Assembly (NCBI GenBank): GCA_002269645.1
Contig: NIVC01002867.1
Location: 1-64,000 of the forward strand
Length of the DNA: 64,000 nucleotides
Origin: Macrostomum lignano
Taxonomy: Eukaryota
Reading direction: 5' to 3'
A program made the position numbers and the translations under genes. Position 1 is the stretch's first letter, and each line of letters begins with the position of its first letter. Of this stretch, positions 13,692-23,929 are shown in pieces. The notes under the pieces are model-generated. The model searched no databases and was not told the DNA's origin. It saw only the letters and a program-made list of their open reading frames with translations.

Positions 13692-15037
13692 CCCGCAAAC
13701 GAAACGATCCGCCGCCCGCGCCCGCCAGGCTCCGCTGTCCCCAGCTTCCGGTATTTCCTCATCCTCCGCTTTCTGCTTCTCCCCGCTGATGGAATCGGCC
13801 GCGGCGTTCACATTCGATCATCACCTTCAACGACTGTCGCTGGCCTCAGCCTCGGATGCCAGCTCATCGTCGGCTGGCGCGGCTGTCGTAGGTCTTCAAC
13901 GACAGCAGCAACAGCGCGGTCGGGGACGTCGCCAGCTGCACGTGATGCGCCACGCCGAACCCTTGGACGACGCTCTGGGAGCCGACTGGCCCGGCAAAGC
14001 TCTGGACGAATCCGGCCGTCTAGTTGACCGCTTCAGCCTGTCCATCCCGCCGCTGCTGCCGTCTCGGCCGCCGGCGGAATTCTGCTCCGATCCGCCGCTG
14101 TCCCTGATTGGCCAGTTCATGGCCAGCCAGATTGGCCAATCGCTGGGCCGGGCCGGGGTTCGCTACTTGCAGTGCTACAGCAGCCCCGCGCTGGCCTGCG
14201 TCCAATCTGCTCACCACACTCTGGCAGGCGTCGGACAGACCGACCTATTGATCCGACTCGAACCCATGCTGGCCGACTATTCGGATAATTCTAATGAAAC
14301 AACAACGACTCGGAGCTATCTTAGCTGTACTAGTCTGCGCGAATTCGGCTACAATGTCGATGCCGATTATTCGCCGTTGACCGCTTCTAGTACAGACGGT
14401 CTAGATGCTAACTCGGATTCTTCCTATAAGGATCGTCTGGCTAGGGTGCTGAAACGAGCGCTTGATTCGTGCAAATCTGCTAGTGAGTAAAATCTTAGTT
14501 TGCCTAGAGTGCATCTGTTCCGAATTAAGTACTCGTGTACTTAATGAAAGTACATCTGTACTTGCTTATAAAAGTACATTTGTACTTGCTTATAAAAGTA
14601 CATCTAAACTTGCTTATAAAAGTACATCTGTACTTGCTTATAAAAGTACATCTACTACTAAATCTAAGACACTTAGCTTCATTAAAATATCCCCTGCAGG
14701 TAGTAAGATTCTTATTGTTGGGCATCGAGCAACGGTCGAGCATTCGCTAGGAGCATTAGCAACGCACCGCGGCCCAAGCGGCAGGAGCGGCAGCGGCGGC
14801 AGCAGCGGAGGCAGCAGTGGCGGCAGTAGCGCCGCCGCCGCCGCGCCAGCAGCGGGTGCAACTAGCATCAACTTTTACCGGCGTAAGGCCTCGGTACCAT
14901 TTGCGGCGTTGCACTGCCTCGAGGAGCGAGCTGGAGGCCGTCGGGGCTGGGCCTCGACCGCCGGTCCCGTGGCCACCGCCTTCAGCGTGCAGATTCACTC
15001 GCCGTTCAATTCAACCGCGCTACTTCCTAGTGGTTAA
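1433..15037 (+). CDS. UBASH3: UBASH3/Sts/TULA-like (ecdysteroid-phosphate-phosphatase family) multi-exon gene; 5' end outside window
   Basis: Inferred exons: 1433-1939 (UBA tail ALAGDRVAAAWLCNHSNDP, then 2H domain PREFYLHLCPVG...FMPHATI); 4285 or 4245-4666 (WQLRLLSRD, SH3 ...WGLGFNVETGVMGNFP...EAWTLHR); 11700-12063 (Ser/Ala-rich linker); 13729-14482 (RHAE...SPALACVQSAH histidine-phosphatase domain); 14700-15037 (ILIVGH...stop). All junctions are GT-AG and phase-compatible (0,2,0,1), apart from the exon-2 frame problem noted in findings. Domain order matches the UBASH3 family. Confidence 0.88.
1950..2350. repeat. 39/42-bp minisatellite right after a splice donor
   Basis: About 9 units of tctgtagatcacctgagtctagagat(g)atcatcaggtttctg; accounts for the SVDHLSLEIIRFL tail of ORF 1436-2407. 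Confidence 0.9.
2430..2792 (-). mobile_element. tRNA-derived SINE (antisense in intron 1)
   Basis: Minus strand starts ggtactagaccagaggtttagctcgg (A-box-like) followed by ggctcgattcc (B-box-like), then a GC-richer body within AT-rich intron. Confidence 0.5.
3420..4233. repeat. 32-bp minisatellite
   Basis: About 25 near-identical units of ggttggattgcagctccaatatgggttattta, ending just before exon 2. Confidence 0.95.
4720..4902. repeat. 24-bp minisatellite (resumes at 9475-9830)
   Basis: cccattttagtagctcagattatc repeats; the same unit reappears right after the MULE and decays to a ~20-bp variant agtagctctgatccccattc. Confidence 0.9.
6557..7998 (-). CDS. FLYWCH-MULE DDE transposase, split by a 1-nt frameshift near 7730
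   Basis: ORF 7708-7998 has a FLYWCH-like finger (YYF...FWQCEERRLGSCPARI...NH). ORF 6557-7711 has FSDGTF, MSDFE, GCLFH and TNNAVEAWH motifs. Restoring one A (AGATTAAAATCG) fuses them into ~480 aa. Confidence 0.9.
8717..8924. mobile_element. Small hAT-like MITE inserted at the inner edge of the MULE right TIR
   Basis: The TIR sequence gctccaccagc|aaaaaattgc is interrupted; ends TAGAGAT...ATCCCTA resemble Ac-type TAGGGATG; imperfect 8-bp duplication ccaccagc (8709-8716) vs ccgccagg/gcaccagc. Confidence 0.45.
10195..10555. repeat. 23-bp minisatellite
   Basis: ccccactgccagtctcctatcta units. Confidence 0.9.
11354..11648 (+). mobile_element. tRNA-derived SINE with CORE(MIR)-like central domain
   Basis: A box cctagtggttagagc and B box ggagttcgattc, then ttgagcaagagacttaactctctgcattgcttcagttcacccagctgtaaaatgggt, which resembles the CORE consensus (ttgggcaagtcacttaacctctctg...cctcagtttcctcatctgtaaaatggg). 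Short attatt tail. Confidence 0.75.
12168..12575. repeat. 30-bp minisatellite
   Basis: cctcaggcctgacacccaatcatctttgag units. Confidence 0.9.
13175..13691. repeat. (TCTA)n microsatellite
   Basis: Direct reading; ends ~40 bp before the exon-4 acceptor. Confidence 0.97.
14540..14660. repeat. 24-bp minisatellite in the last intron
   Basis: aaagtacatctgtacttgcttata x~4. Confidence 0.85.
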
Positions 15038-15723
15038 CAAGCGTTTTAATTTGACAATATTTTAATTCCAGCTGTTTGAGTAAAGTTTGCTTTCTATACA
15101 TATCGGCTGTCAACAAGTCTATTTTTGTCCGTGACAAGACAAAATAGCTTTGCAGGAGAATTATCTATCATTTGTTTCGTACGCCTGGTTGTTTGAAATC
15201 GCACGATATTGAAATATTTTTCGCATTAAAATATCAAGCCTTTGTAAAGTTAATTACTCTACATATCGCCTGTCCTCTGATAAGCTAGGCCTCGTTAATT
15301 GTCAACAGGAATTTTATAAAGCTTTCTAGAAGCTGGTAACTTTCCGTTGAAATTATAATTTTTACAAGCAAATTTCCATTTATTTAAATTTGAATATTAC
15401 TTTTTAATTATCGTGTACAATTCTGAGTTTAGCCGTTAAGGCATCACATTAGTTTTCTAAACGATTTAGAATGCATTGCTGTAATTATAGAAATTACGAG
15501 ACTGTGGCGAGTTGAGCCACGTAAAGTTTATTTGGAAGTAGCAGGGTGGAGGCGCGCGAGACAAAAGTCTAAAGTTATATAGGCCAGCGGTGTACACTGG
15601 GCAGCCAATCAACGCACAGCGACCGTGCACCTAGCGCCGGCCTCCCCGGCCGGGGTTGGGGTGGCTGCTGGAGCGCGTACGCGCGTGTGGCGTGACCGCC
15701 ACATGGCTCCCCCCAGCGCTGGC

Positions 15724-18700
15724 CTAGGACCGAAACCGCGTCGGGCGGCACCGGCGAGGCGGAAGCTGGCGGCGACCAGACGCTGGAGGCCGGGTCGCTT
15801 GCACCGGTGGGAGGCGCGTTGGTGGGAGCCCCGGTGGCGCTTGCGGGTGCGCAGCTGCGACCGGAGGGTCTCCACCACGTGGCAGTTGTGGCCGGCCGTC
15901 CAGGCGGGGGCGGCCTCGTGGCCGCAGAGCCGGAGCCGGAATCGCCTCGCCGGGATCGAGCGCCGCAGGCTTGAGTCTGTCCACTGCCACGTGATCCTGC
16001 CGCGTGCCCAGGTCGAGGCGGAAGGTCTTGTCTCCGCGCCCAAGGACCTTGAAGGGCCCGAAGTACGGCCGCTGCAGAGATGGCCGGTGGCCGTCGCGGC
16101 GGATGAAGACGTGCGTGCAGGACTCCAGGGCAGCAGGCACGGAGGCAGCGACGCGGCCATGACGCGAGGTTGGAGGCGGCCGGAACGACTGCACAGCGCT
16201 GCGTAGCCGGGCCAGGAACTGGTCGTAAGAGGCCTCGGGTGGCGCGGCCTGCAGGCATTCTCCCGGTACCGTCAGCGGGGCGCCGTAGACCAGCTCGGCC
16301 GAGGAGGCGCCGATGTCCTCCTTGGGAGCCGTGCGGATGCCCAGCAACGCCCAGGGCAGCTCGTCGGTCCAAGTCGGTCCGGTCAGGCGCGCCATCAGGG
16401 ATGCCTTGAGCTGGCGGTGGAAGCGTTCCACCAGGCCGTTAGCCTGTGGGTGAAAAGCGGTGGTGTCGTGCAGCTGCATGCCCAGCAGCCGCGACACGTT
16501 GGCCCATAGCCCGGAGGTGAACTGGGAGCCGCGGTCGGACGTGACGTCACTGGGCACGCCGAAGCGGGCGATCCAACCGGCGATGAAAGCGGACGCGCAG
16601 GAGGCAGCGGAAGTGTCGGCCAAGGGGAAAGCCTCCGGCCAGCGGGTGAACCTGTCGACGACGGTCAGCAGGTGCGTGAAACCGCGGGACTGCGGCAGCG
16701 GTCCGACAAGGTCGACGTGGACGTGCGCGAAACGGCTGCTGGGCACCGGAATGCTGGCGGGCGGGGCGGTCACGTGGCGCTGCACCTTGGCCGTCTGGCA
16801 GGCGATGCAGCTGCGAGCCCATTGGCCGACGTCCCTGTTGATTCCCGGCCACACGAACTTCTCGGACACTAGGCGCCGCGTACTGCGTACGGACGGGTGC
16901 GCCAGTCCGTGGACCGCGTCGAAAACGGCGCGGGACGCAACGTCACGCGCTCGAGCCGCAGGCCGGTGCCGGCGAGCGCGGGATCGTCCGCTCGCTGCGC
17001 GCGCGCCAGGGCCGCGTAGTCGATGCCGGGGAGCAGCGGCTGCACAGAGGCGACGGTGCAGCGGGAGAGGGCGTCGGCCACCGGATTGTCCTTGCCCGCC
17101 ACGTGCCGGATGTCGGTGGTGAACTCCGACACGTATGCGAGGTGCCGCTGCTGGCGCGCTGACCAGGGATCCGACAACTTGGCCATGGCCGCGACCAGGG
17201 GTTTGTGGTCGGTGTAGGCGGTGAAGATGCGGCCTTCCAAAAAGTAGCGGAAATGTCGTGTGGCCAGATAGAGAGCGAGTAACTCCCGGTCGAAAGCGCT
17301 GTACTTTTGTTCAGCCGGCCGCAGTTGGCGGCTGAAGAAAGCGAGTGGCCGCCAGGTCTCGCCGACACGCTGCTCCAGAACCGCCCCGATGGCGGTGTCC
17401 GAGGCGTCGACCGTCAGCGCCGTTGGGGCGTCGGGCTCCGGGTGCGCAAGCATGGCAGCGTCAGCCAGGGCCTGCTTCGTGCTGTTGAAGGCGTCCGTCA
17501 GCTCCGGTGTCCACTGAACGATCTTGTCCTTGCTGGCCAGGGCGCCATAGATGGGGCGCAGCAACTGGGCAGCCCGCGGCACGAACCGGTGATAGAAGTT
17601 CACCATGCCGGCGAACTCTTGCAGGCCCTTGACGGTCGCGGGCGGAGCGAATCGGGCGATGGCTTCCACCTTGTCTGGCAGCGGCACAGCGCCCCGGCTG
17701 TTGATGCGGTGGCCTAGAAAGTCGATTTCGCTGCGGCCAAACTGGCACTTGGCTGGATTGATGAGGAGGCCGTTGTTTGCCAGGCGCTGGAACAGCGTGC
17801 GCAGGTGCTCCAGATGCTGCTGAGGGCCGCTGCTCGCCACTAGGAAGTCGTCGATATAGGCGAACACGAAGTCCAAACCCTGGCAGACCGTGTCAATCAG
17901 CCGTTGGAAGGCCTGGGCGGCGTTTTTGAGTCCAAATGGCATCCGGAGAAACTCGAACAGGCCGAATGGCGTGATGACGGCCGTCTTGGCGATGTCGGCC
18001 TCGGCAACCGGGATCTGGTGGTAGCCCCGCACCAGGTCGATCTTGGAGAAAATGTTGCACCCGGACAGCCGCGCAGAAAAGTCCTGAATGTGCGGCACCG
18101 GGTAGCGGTCGGGCACCGTGGCGTCGTTGAGCCGCCGGAAATCGCCGCAGGGCCGCCAACCCCGGAGGCCTTTGGCACCATGTGCAGCGGCGACGACCAG
18201 GGGCTGCAGGACCGCCGCACGATGCCCAGCTGCTCCAGGTTGCGGAATTCCTCCTTGGCCACCGCCAGCTTGTCAGGCGGCAGGCGGCGCGCCCGGGCGT
18301 GGACAGGGGGGCCCGTCGTAGGAACATGATGTTGGACCCCGTGGAGCGGCCGGGCTTTCTGGAAACTCGGCTCCGTCAGCGACGGGAATTCTGCGAGCAG
18401 CTGGCTGTACGGGTCCCCAGCGATGGCGGCGGCGAGCTGAGGTGCCGGGCCGGACCCGAGCAGCAGGTGGGCGCTGGACAGCGAGCTAGTGTCGAGCAGA
18501 CGGCGGTTCGGCATGTCCACCAGTAGGCCGTGGTGCCGCAGGAAGTCCGCGCCGATCAACGGCCGTGACACCTCGGCCAGGATGAACGGCCAGGTGCAGG
18601 CCTTGACGCCGAGGTCGAGCGTCAGTGTCCGGCTGCCGAACGTGCGGATCGGGCTGCCGTTGGCCGCGAAAAGCGGCGGGCCGGGTGTGTGCGAGCGGGC

Positions 18701-18868
18701 GTCTGCCCCCGAGACAGGAAAAATGCTCACCTCAGCGCCGGTGTCGACCAAGAAGCGCCGGCCCGTGGCTACGTCGGGGATGAGCAGGAGGTTGTTGCTG
18801 CCGGCCGTCGAAGCGTTCACTGACGGCCGGCCGGCCCGTTTCCCGAGAACTGGCAGGGCGGCTCGCAA
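15724..18868 (-). pseudogene. pol: pol (PR-RT-RNaseH-IN), disrupted
   Basis: PR LVDTGA; RT KIDL..GYHQ, YIDD; RNaseH TVDAS..AIGAVL, TDHKPL; IN HGLAHP/CIAC, HVDLVG, SDRG, VERFH, GPFKV. 1-nt loss at 18160-18163 (KASGGWRPCGD restored) and an apparent internal deletion/frameshift near 16935. Confidence 0.92.
18798..18844 (-). promoter_or_regulatory. -1 ribosomal frameshift signal (gag-pol)
   Basis: G GGA AAC slippery heptamer in the gag frame (18838-18844), followed a few nt later by the hairpin gccggccgtc-N12-gacggccggc; pol lies in the -1 frame. Confidence 0.75.
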
Positions 18869-19509
18869 CGCCGGGCCTTGGCGCCGAACTTCCGGTGGAA
18901 GAAACAGATGAGGCCGTCGGCCTCCCTCGGCTGGTGCTGCTGCGGCTTGGCGCGAGCTGGGCGGGCGGTGGCAGCAACTACCGGCGGGTGCTCTGGCGGC
19001 AGGGTGGCGGTGGCCACGGGCTGTGCCCGGCTCGCCCAGAGTTCATCCGCGAGTCGCGCAACTGCGCGCGGGTCAGCGAAATCCGCGGAGACGAGTGCCA
19101 TGCGAATGTCGGCCGGCATCTGCTGGCGGAAAAGCTCCTCGAAGAGCATGCAGGGCCGGTGGTTGCCGAGCAGGGCCAGCATCTCGTCCATGAGCTCGGA
19201 CGGGCGGCGGTCACCGAGGCCGGCCAGGTTGAGCAGCCGGCTGGCACGCTGTTGCTGCGTCAGGCCGAATGTGCCGAGGAGGCGGGCCTTGAGAGCATCG
19301 TACTTGTTCTCAGCCGGCGGTGTCTCAAGCACGTCCAGCAGGCGCTCGGCTGACTGCTGGTCCAGCGCGGCTACGAGGTGAAAGTACTTGGTAGCGTCTT
19401 GCGTGATGTTGCGGAGGACGAATTGCGCCTCTGCCTGGATGAACCAGGCGCGAGGCTGGCTGGCCCAGAACGTGGGCAGCTTGAGGGCTACCGCAGACTC
19501 AGTTGACAT
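18817..19509 (-). CDS. gag: Gag (Mag-clade-like)
   Basis: VALKLPTFW...WFIQAEAQF...KY..LVAALD N-terminal motif; C-terminal CFFHRKFG..A.RCEPPC. Confidence 0.9.
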   Translation of the reverse strand: MSTESAVALKLPTFWASQPRAWFIQAEAQFVLRNITQDATKYFHLVAALDQQSAERLLDVLETPPAENKYDALKARLLGTFGLTQQQRASRLLNLAGLGDRRPSELMDEMLALLGNHRPCMLFEELFRQQMPADIRMALVSADFADPRAVARLADELWASRAQPVATATLPPEHPPVVAATARPARAKPQQHQPREADGLICFFHRKFGAKARRCEPPCQFSGNGPAGRQ

Positions 19510-20859
19510 ACTGAGGAGTTATTCTCAAACAGGCGGTTGAGAGTCGGGCTCACCAATGTGGCGAGTTGAGCCACGTAAAGTTTATTTGGAAGTAGCAGGG
19601 TGGAGGCGCGCGAGACAAAAGTCTAAAGTTATATAGGCCAGCGGTGTACACTGGGCAGCCAATCAACGCACAGCGACCGTGCACCTAGCGCCGGCCTCCC
19701 CGGCCGGGGTTGGGGTGGCTGCTGGAGCGCGTACGCGCGTGTGGCGTGACCGCCACAAGATTCATAGTATTTATTTTTACCTTGAACATTTTGCTTATAA
19801 TTCTCACTCAATATATTTATGCATTCATTGTTCATTTTTAATAGATACAATAGGGTCCAACCTATAGCACAGATACTAAAATGACTGGATGGGCTACTCA
19901 GGCTTATATGCGTAGTAAAACAGCTGTCTACTTTCAGTTCAGTAGCAAAAAAGAATACGTAAGCTATTTTATAAAAAAGGCAGCTGAAATTACTTTGATA
20001 ACTTCAGAAGCCCAACAAGCTTGCAGGCGTAAACAACTTGCTAATTGGTTCAGCAATAATGTACATTGGCCAGTCCACTGAAATGTACATGGCAGCTTTA
20101 GGCTGGAATTCCGAGAAGGGCAATAAAAATTGGGGCGGGGCGGTGGGTAGTGTGGAAAGTCGCGGTTGGAGGGTTGAGACTGGTGGGTAAAAAGCCAATA
20201 AATGAGCCTTGGCTTTAAAATACATTAAAATACTTTTGATTAACTCACTACTGAACTGAAAGTAGCTTACACGCAAATGTGCTGACTGGCCCATCTAGTT
20301 ATTCTAGTATCTGAGCTATCTAATATACTAAAAATGAAATGCTTGGTTGCTTGCTTGTAATTGATTTTCTCCCGAACGGCTCAACCGATTTTCTTCAAAC
20401 TTGCACCATTCGATCAGAAATTTTCCCGGGACGGTACATGCATATTGGCTAAGAAATTGCTCAATGTTAAAGGGATTAAATATTCGAAAAACATGATTTT
20501 TTGCAAAGGTCAAGCAGCTCTTTCGACCTGAAATGCATTGTAAGAATGCTAGAGAAAAATCTGACTGGTTGAATTCTGATTCTGAAATAGATTGCATCAC
20601 AATACACTTTATTTATCGTCTGTGTACTGGCTGAATTTGACACTCAATTGAATTGCGTCACAGCTTTGAGTGTGAAAGCATAGTGCAGTACTGAATTTAT
20701 ATTACGTAACCATATTGTTAACTTTCATAGACACTGGTACTGACTTGCCTAAGAAATTGATTATGTCATAACTGCTTCGCGTGACTTTTTACTCTACCTG
20801 ACTTGGTGTGAGTGTTGAATTAATTATATAAGTGGTACAAATTCACTGATAACTTCGAT

Positions 20860-20920
20860 GAGAGCTAGCCTAGAGCTGAGCAGACCAGACTGCTAATGCA
20901 GCGACCTGGGTTCGAATTTA
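20860..20920 (+). other. Degenerate tRNA-like Pol III head (copy 1)
   Basis: gagagctagcctagag...ggttcgaatt; near-copy at 22915. Confidence 0.5.
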
Positions 20921-20991
20921 AGTAGTTTAAAAGTAGTAGTGTAAAATTTTTTATTAAAAGCTTTTATTAAAGGACTAAATAAAAACACTTA

Positions 20992-22635
20992 GATTACTGC
21001 ACTCGATAAGCTAAGGATTATTGCTCTTGGCAAACCAAGGAATACTGCACTCGATAAGCCAAGGATTATTGCTCTTGGCAAACCAAGGATTACTGCACTC
21101 GATAAGCCATGGATTATTGCTATTAATAAACCAAGGATTACTGCACTCGATAAGCCAAGGATTATTGCTATTAATAAACTAAGGATTACTGCACTCGATA
21201 AACCAAGGATTATTGCTATTAATAAACCAAGGATTATGCACTTGGCAAACCAAGGATTACTGCAATCGATAAGCCAAGGATTATTGCTATTAATAAACCA
21301 AGCATTACTGCACTCAATAAACCAAGGACTATTGCTATTAATAAACCAAGGATTACTGCACTCAAAAAACCAAGGACTATTGCTCTTGGCAAACCAAGGA
21401 TTACTGCACTCGATAAGCCAAGGATTATTGCTATTAATAAACCAAGGATTACTGCACTCGATAAGCCAAGGATTATTGCTATTAATAAACCAAGGATTAA
21501 TGCACTCGATAAACCAAGGATTATTGCTATTAATAAACCAAGGATTACTGCACTCGATAAGCCAAGGATTATTGCTATTAATAAACCAAGGATTATGCAC
21601 TTGGCAAACCAAGGATTACTGCACTCGATAAGCCAAGGATTATTGCTATTAATAAACCAAGGATTACTGCACTCAATAAACCAAGGACTATTGCTATTAA
21701 TAAACCAAGGATTACTGCACTCAATAAACCAAGGACTATTGCTCTTGGCAAACCAAGGATTACTGCACTCGATAAGCCAAGGACTATTGCTCTTGGCAAA
21801 CCAAGGATTACTGCACTCGATAAGCCATGGATTATTGCTATTAATAAACCAAGGATTACTGCACTCGATAAGCCAAGGATTATTGCTCTTGGCAAACCAA
21901 GGATTACTGCACTCGATAAGCCATGGATTATTGCTATTAATAAACCAAGGATTACTGCACTCGATAAGCCAAGGATTATTGCTATTAATAAACCAAGGAT
22001 TAATGCACTCGATAAACCAAGGATTATTGCTATTAATAAACCAAGGATTACTGCACTCGATAAGCCAAGGATTATTGCTATTAATAAACCAAGGATTATG
22101 CACTTGGCAAACCAAGGATTACTGCACTCGATAAGCCAAGGATTATTGCTATTAATAAACCAAGGATTACTGCACTCAATAAACCAAGGACTATTGCTAT
22201 TAATAAACCAAGGATTACTGCACTCAATAAACCAAGGACTATTGCTCTTGGCAAACCAAGGATTACTGCACTCGATAAGCCAAGGACTATTGCTCTTGGC
22301 AAACCAAGGATTACTGCACTCGATAAGCCATGGATTATTGCTATTAATAAACCAAGGATTACTGCACTCGATAAGCCAAGGATTATTGCTCTTGGCAAAC
22401 CAAGGATTACTGCACTCGATAAGCCATGGATTATTGCTATTAATAAACCAAGGATTACTGCACTCGATAAGCCAAGGATTATTGCTATTAATAAACCATG
22501 AATTACTGCACTCGATAAGCCAAGGATTATTGCTATTAATAAACCAAGGATTACTGCACTCGATAAGCCATGGATTATTGCTATTAATAAACCAAGGATT
22601 ACTGCACTCGATAGCCAAGGATTACTGCGCTTGAT
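20992..22635. repeat. 24-bp satellite with variant monomers and higher-order structure
   Basis: Monomers accaaggattactgcactcgataa, gccaaggattattgctattaataa and ...ttgctcttggcaa alternate; a fused variant recurs at ~21230, 21590 and 22090. Confidence 0.93.
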
Positions 22636-22914
22636 AAGCTTGGCTACATGTATAGGATTATTTCTATCCAGGGATGCTTGCTATTTAGGGATTCTTGCTA
22701 TGTGCAGGATGCTTGCTATCTGGAAGGATGCTTCTACATTATTTGGGGTATGCTTGCTATCTGCAAGATGCTTGCTAACTGCAAGATGCTTGCTATCTGC
22801 AGATGCTTGCTATCTGGGTGGATGCTTGCTAGGAGTATTAGGGGATGCTTGCTACTGGGGGATGCTTGCTGTCTTGGGAATATTTTCTATTTAGGGGTAA
22901 TGACTAAAATTCAT

Positions 22915-22975
22915 GAGAGCTAGCCTAGAGGTAAACAGACTAAACTGCTAAATGCAGGGACGATGGTTCGAATTT
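22915..22975 (+). other. Degenerate tRNA-like Pol III head (copy 2)
   Basis: gagagctagcctagaggtaaa...ggttcgaatt. Confidence 0.5.
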
Positions 22976-23029
22976 TTAGAGAGTAGAGTTTTTTTAATTA
23001 AAGCCTTTTAACGCCAAGACAAAAAAAAT

Positions 23030-23780
23030 TATGGAAGCGTCATGTAAACAATCATACAAGCGTCATGTAAACAATCATAGAAGCGTCATGTAAACAATCA
23101 TAGAAGCGTCATGTAAAAATCATAGAAGCGTCATGTAAAAATCATAGAAGCGTAATGTAAACAATCATAGAAGCGTCATGTTAAAATCATAAAAGCGTCA
23201 TGTAAACAATCATACAAGCGTCATGTAAACAATCATAGAAGCGTCATGTAAAAAAATCATAGAAGCGTCATGTTAAAATCATAAAAGCGTCATAAAAAAT
23301 CATAGAAGCGTCATGCAAGCAATCATAGAAGCGTAATGTAAACAATCATAGAAGCGTCATGTTAAAATCATACAAGCGTCATGTAAACAATCATACAAGC
23401 GTCATGTAAACAATCATAGAAGCGTCATGTAAAAAAATCATAGAAGCGTCATGTTAAAATCATAGAAGCGTCATGTAAACAATCATAGAAGCGTCATGTA
23501 AACAATCATAGAAGCGTCATGTAAAAATCATAGAAGCGTCATGTAAAAATCATAGAAGCGTCATGTAAAAATCATAGAAGCGTCATGTAAAAATCATAGA
23601 AGCGTCATGTAAAAAATCATAGAAGCGTCATGTAAACAATCATACAAGCGTCATGTAAACAATCATAGAAGCGTCATGTAAAAATCATACAAGCGTCATG
23701 TAAACAATCATAGAAGCGTCATGTAAAAATCATACAAGCGTCATGTAAACAAGCATAGAAGCGTCATGAAAAAATTATAG
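23030..23780. repeat. 22-23-bp minisatellite
   Basis: aatcatagaagcgtcatgtaaac units. Confidence 0.93.
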
Positions 23781-23929
23781 AAGCCTCATATAAAAACTAA
23801 TGAAAGTGTGTCATTTAAAAAATTAAGAAGCATCATGGAAGAATAAAAGAAGCGTAACGTAAAAATCAAAAGAAGCGTCATGTCAGACATGAAAGAAATG
23901 TCATATAAAAATTAAATGAAGCTATAGTA

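Larger units (their letters stand above)
15503..19757 (-). mobile_element. Ty3/Gypsy LTR retrotransposon (Mag-like), 4255 bp
   Basis: Identical 201-bp LTRs TG...CA (15503-15703, 19557-19757). PBS tggtgagcccgac adjoins the 5' LTR and is complementary to a tRNA-Trp-like 3' end. PPT ggggggagcca adjoins the 3' LTR. Flanks agac/agat form an imperfect 4-bp TSD. Confidence 0.97.

Noticed and set aside
20370-20440. Helentron/DINE-like motif (ggctcaaccgattttcttcaaactt)
   Set aside because: A single short motif with no identifiable termini; not enough to call.
20989-22634. Long membrane-protein-like ORFs (IILGLSSAV, NPWFIN)
   Set aside because: Products of a 24-bp satellite that lacks stops in some frames.
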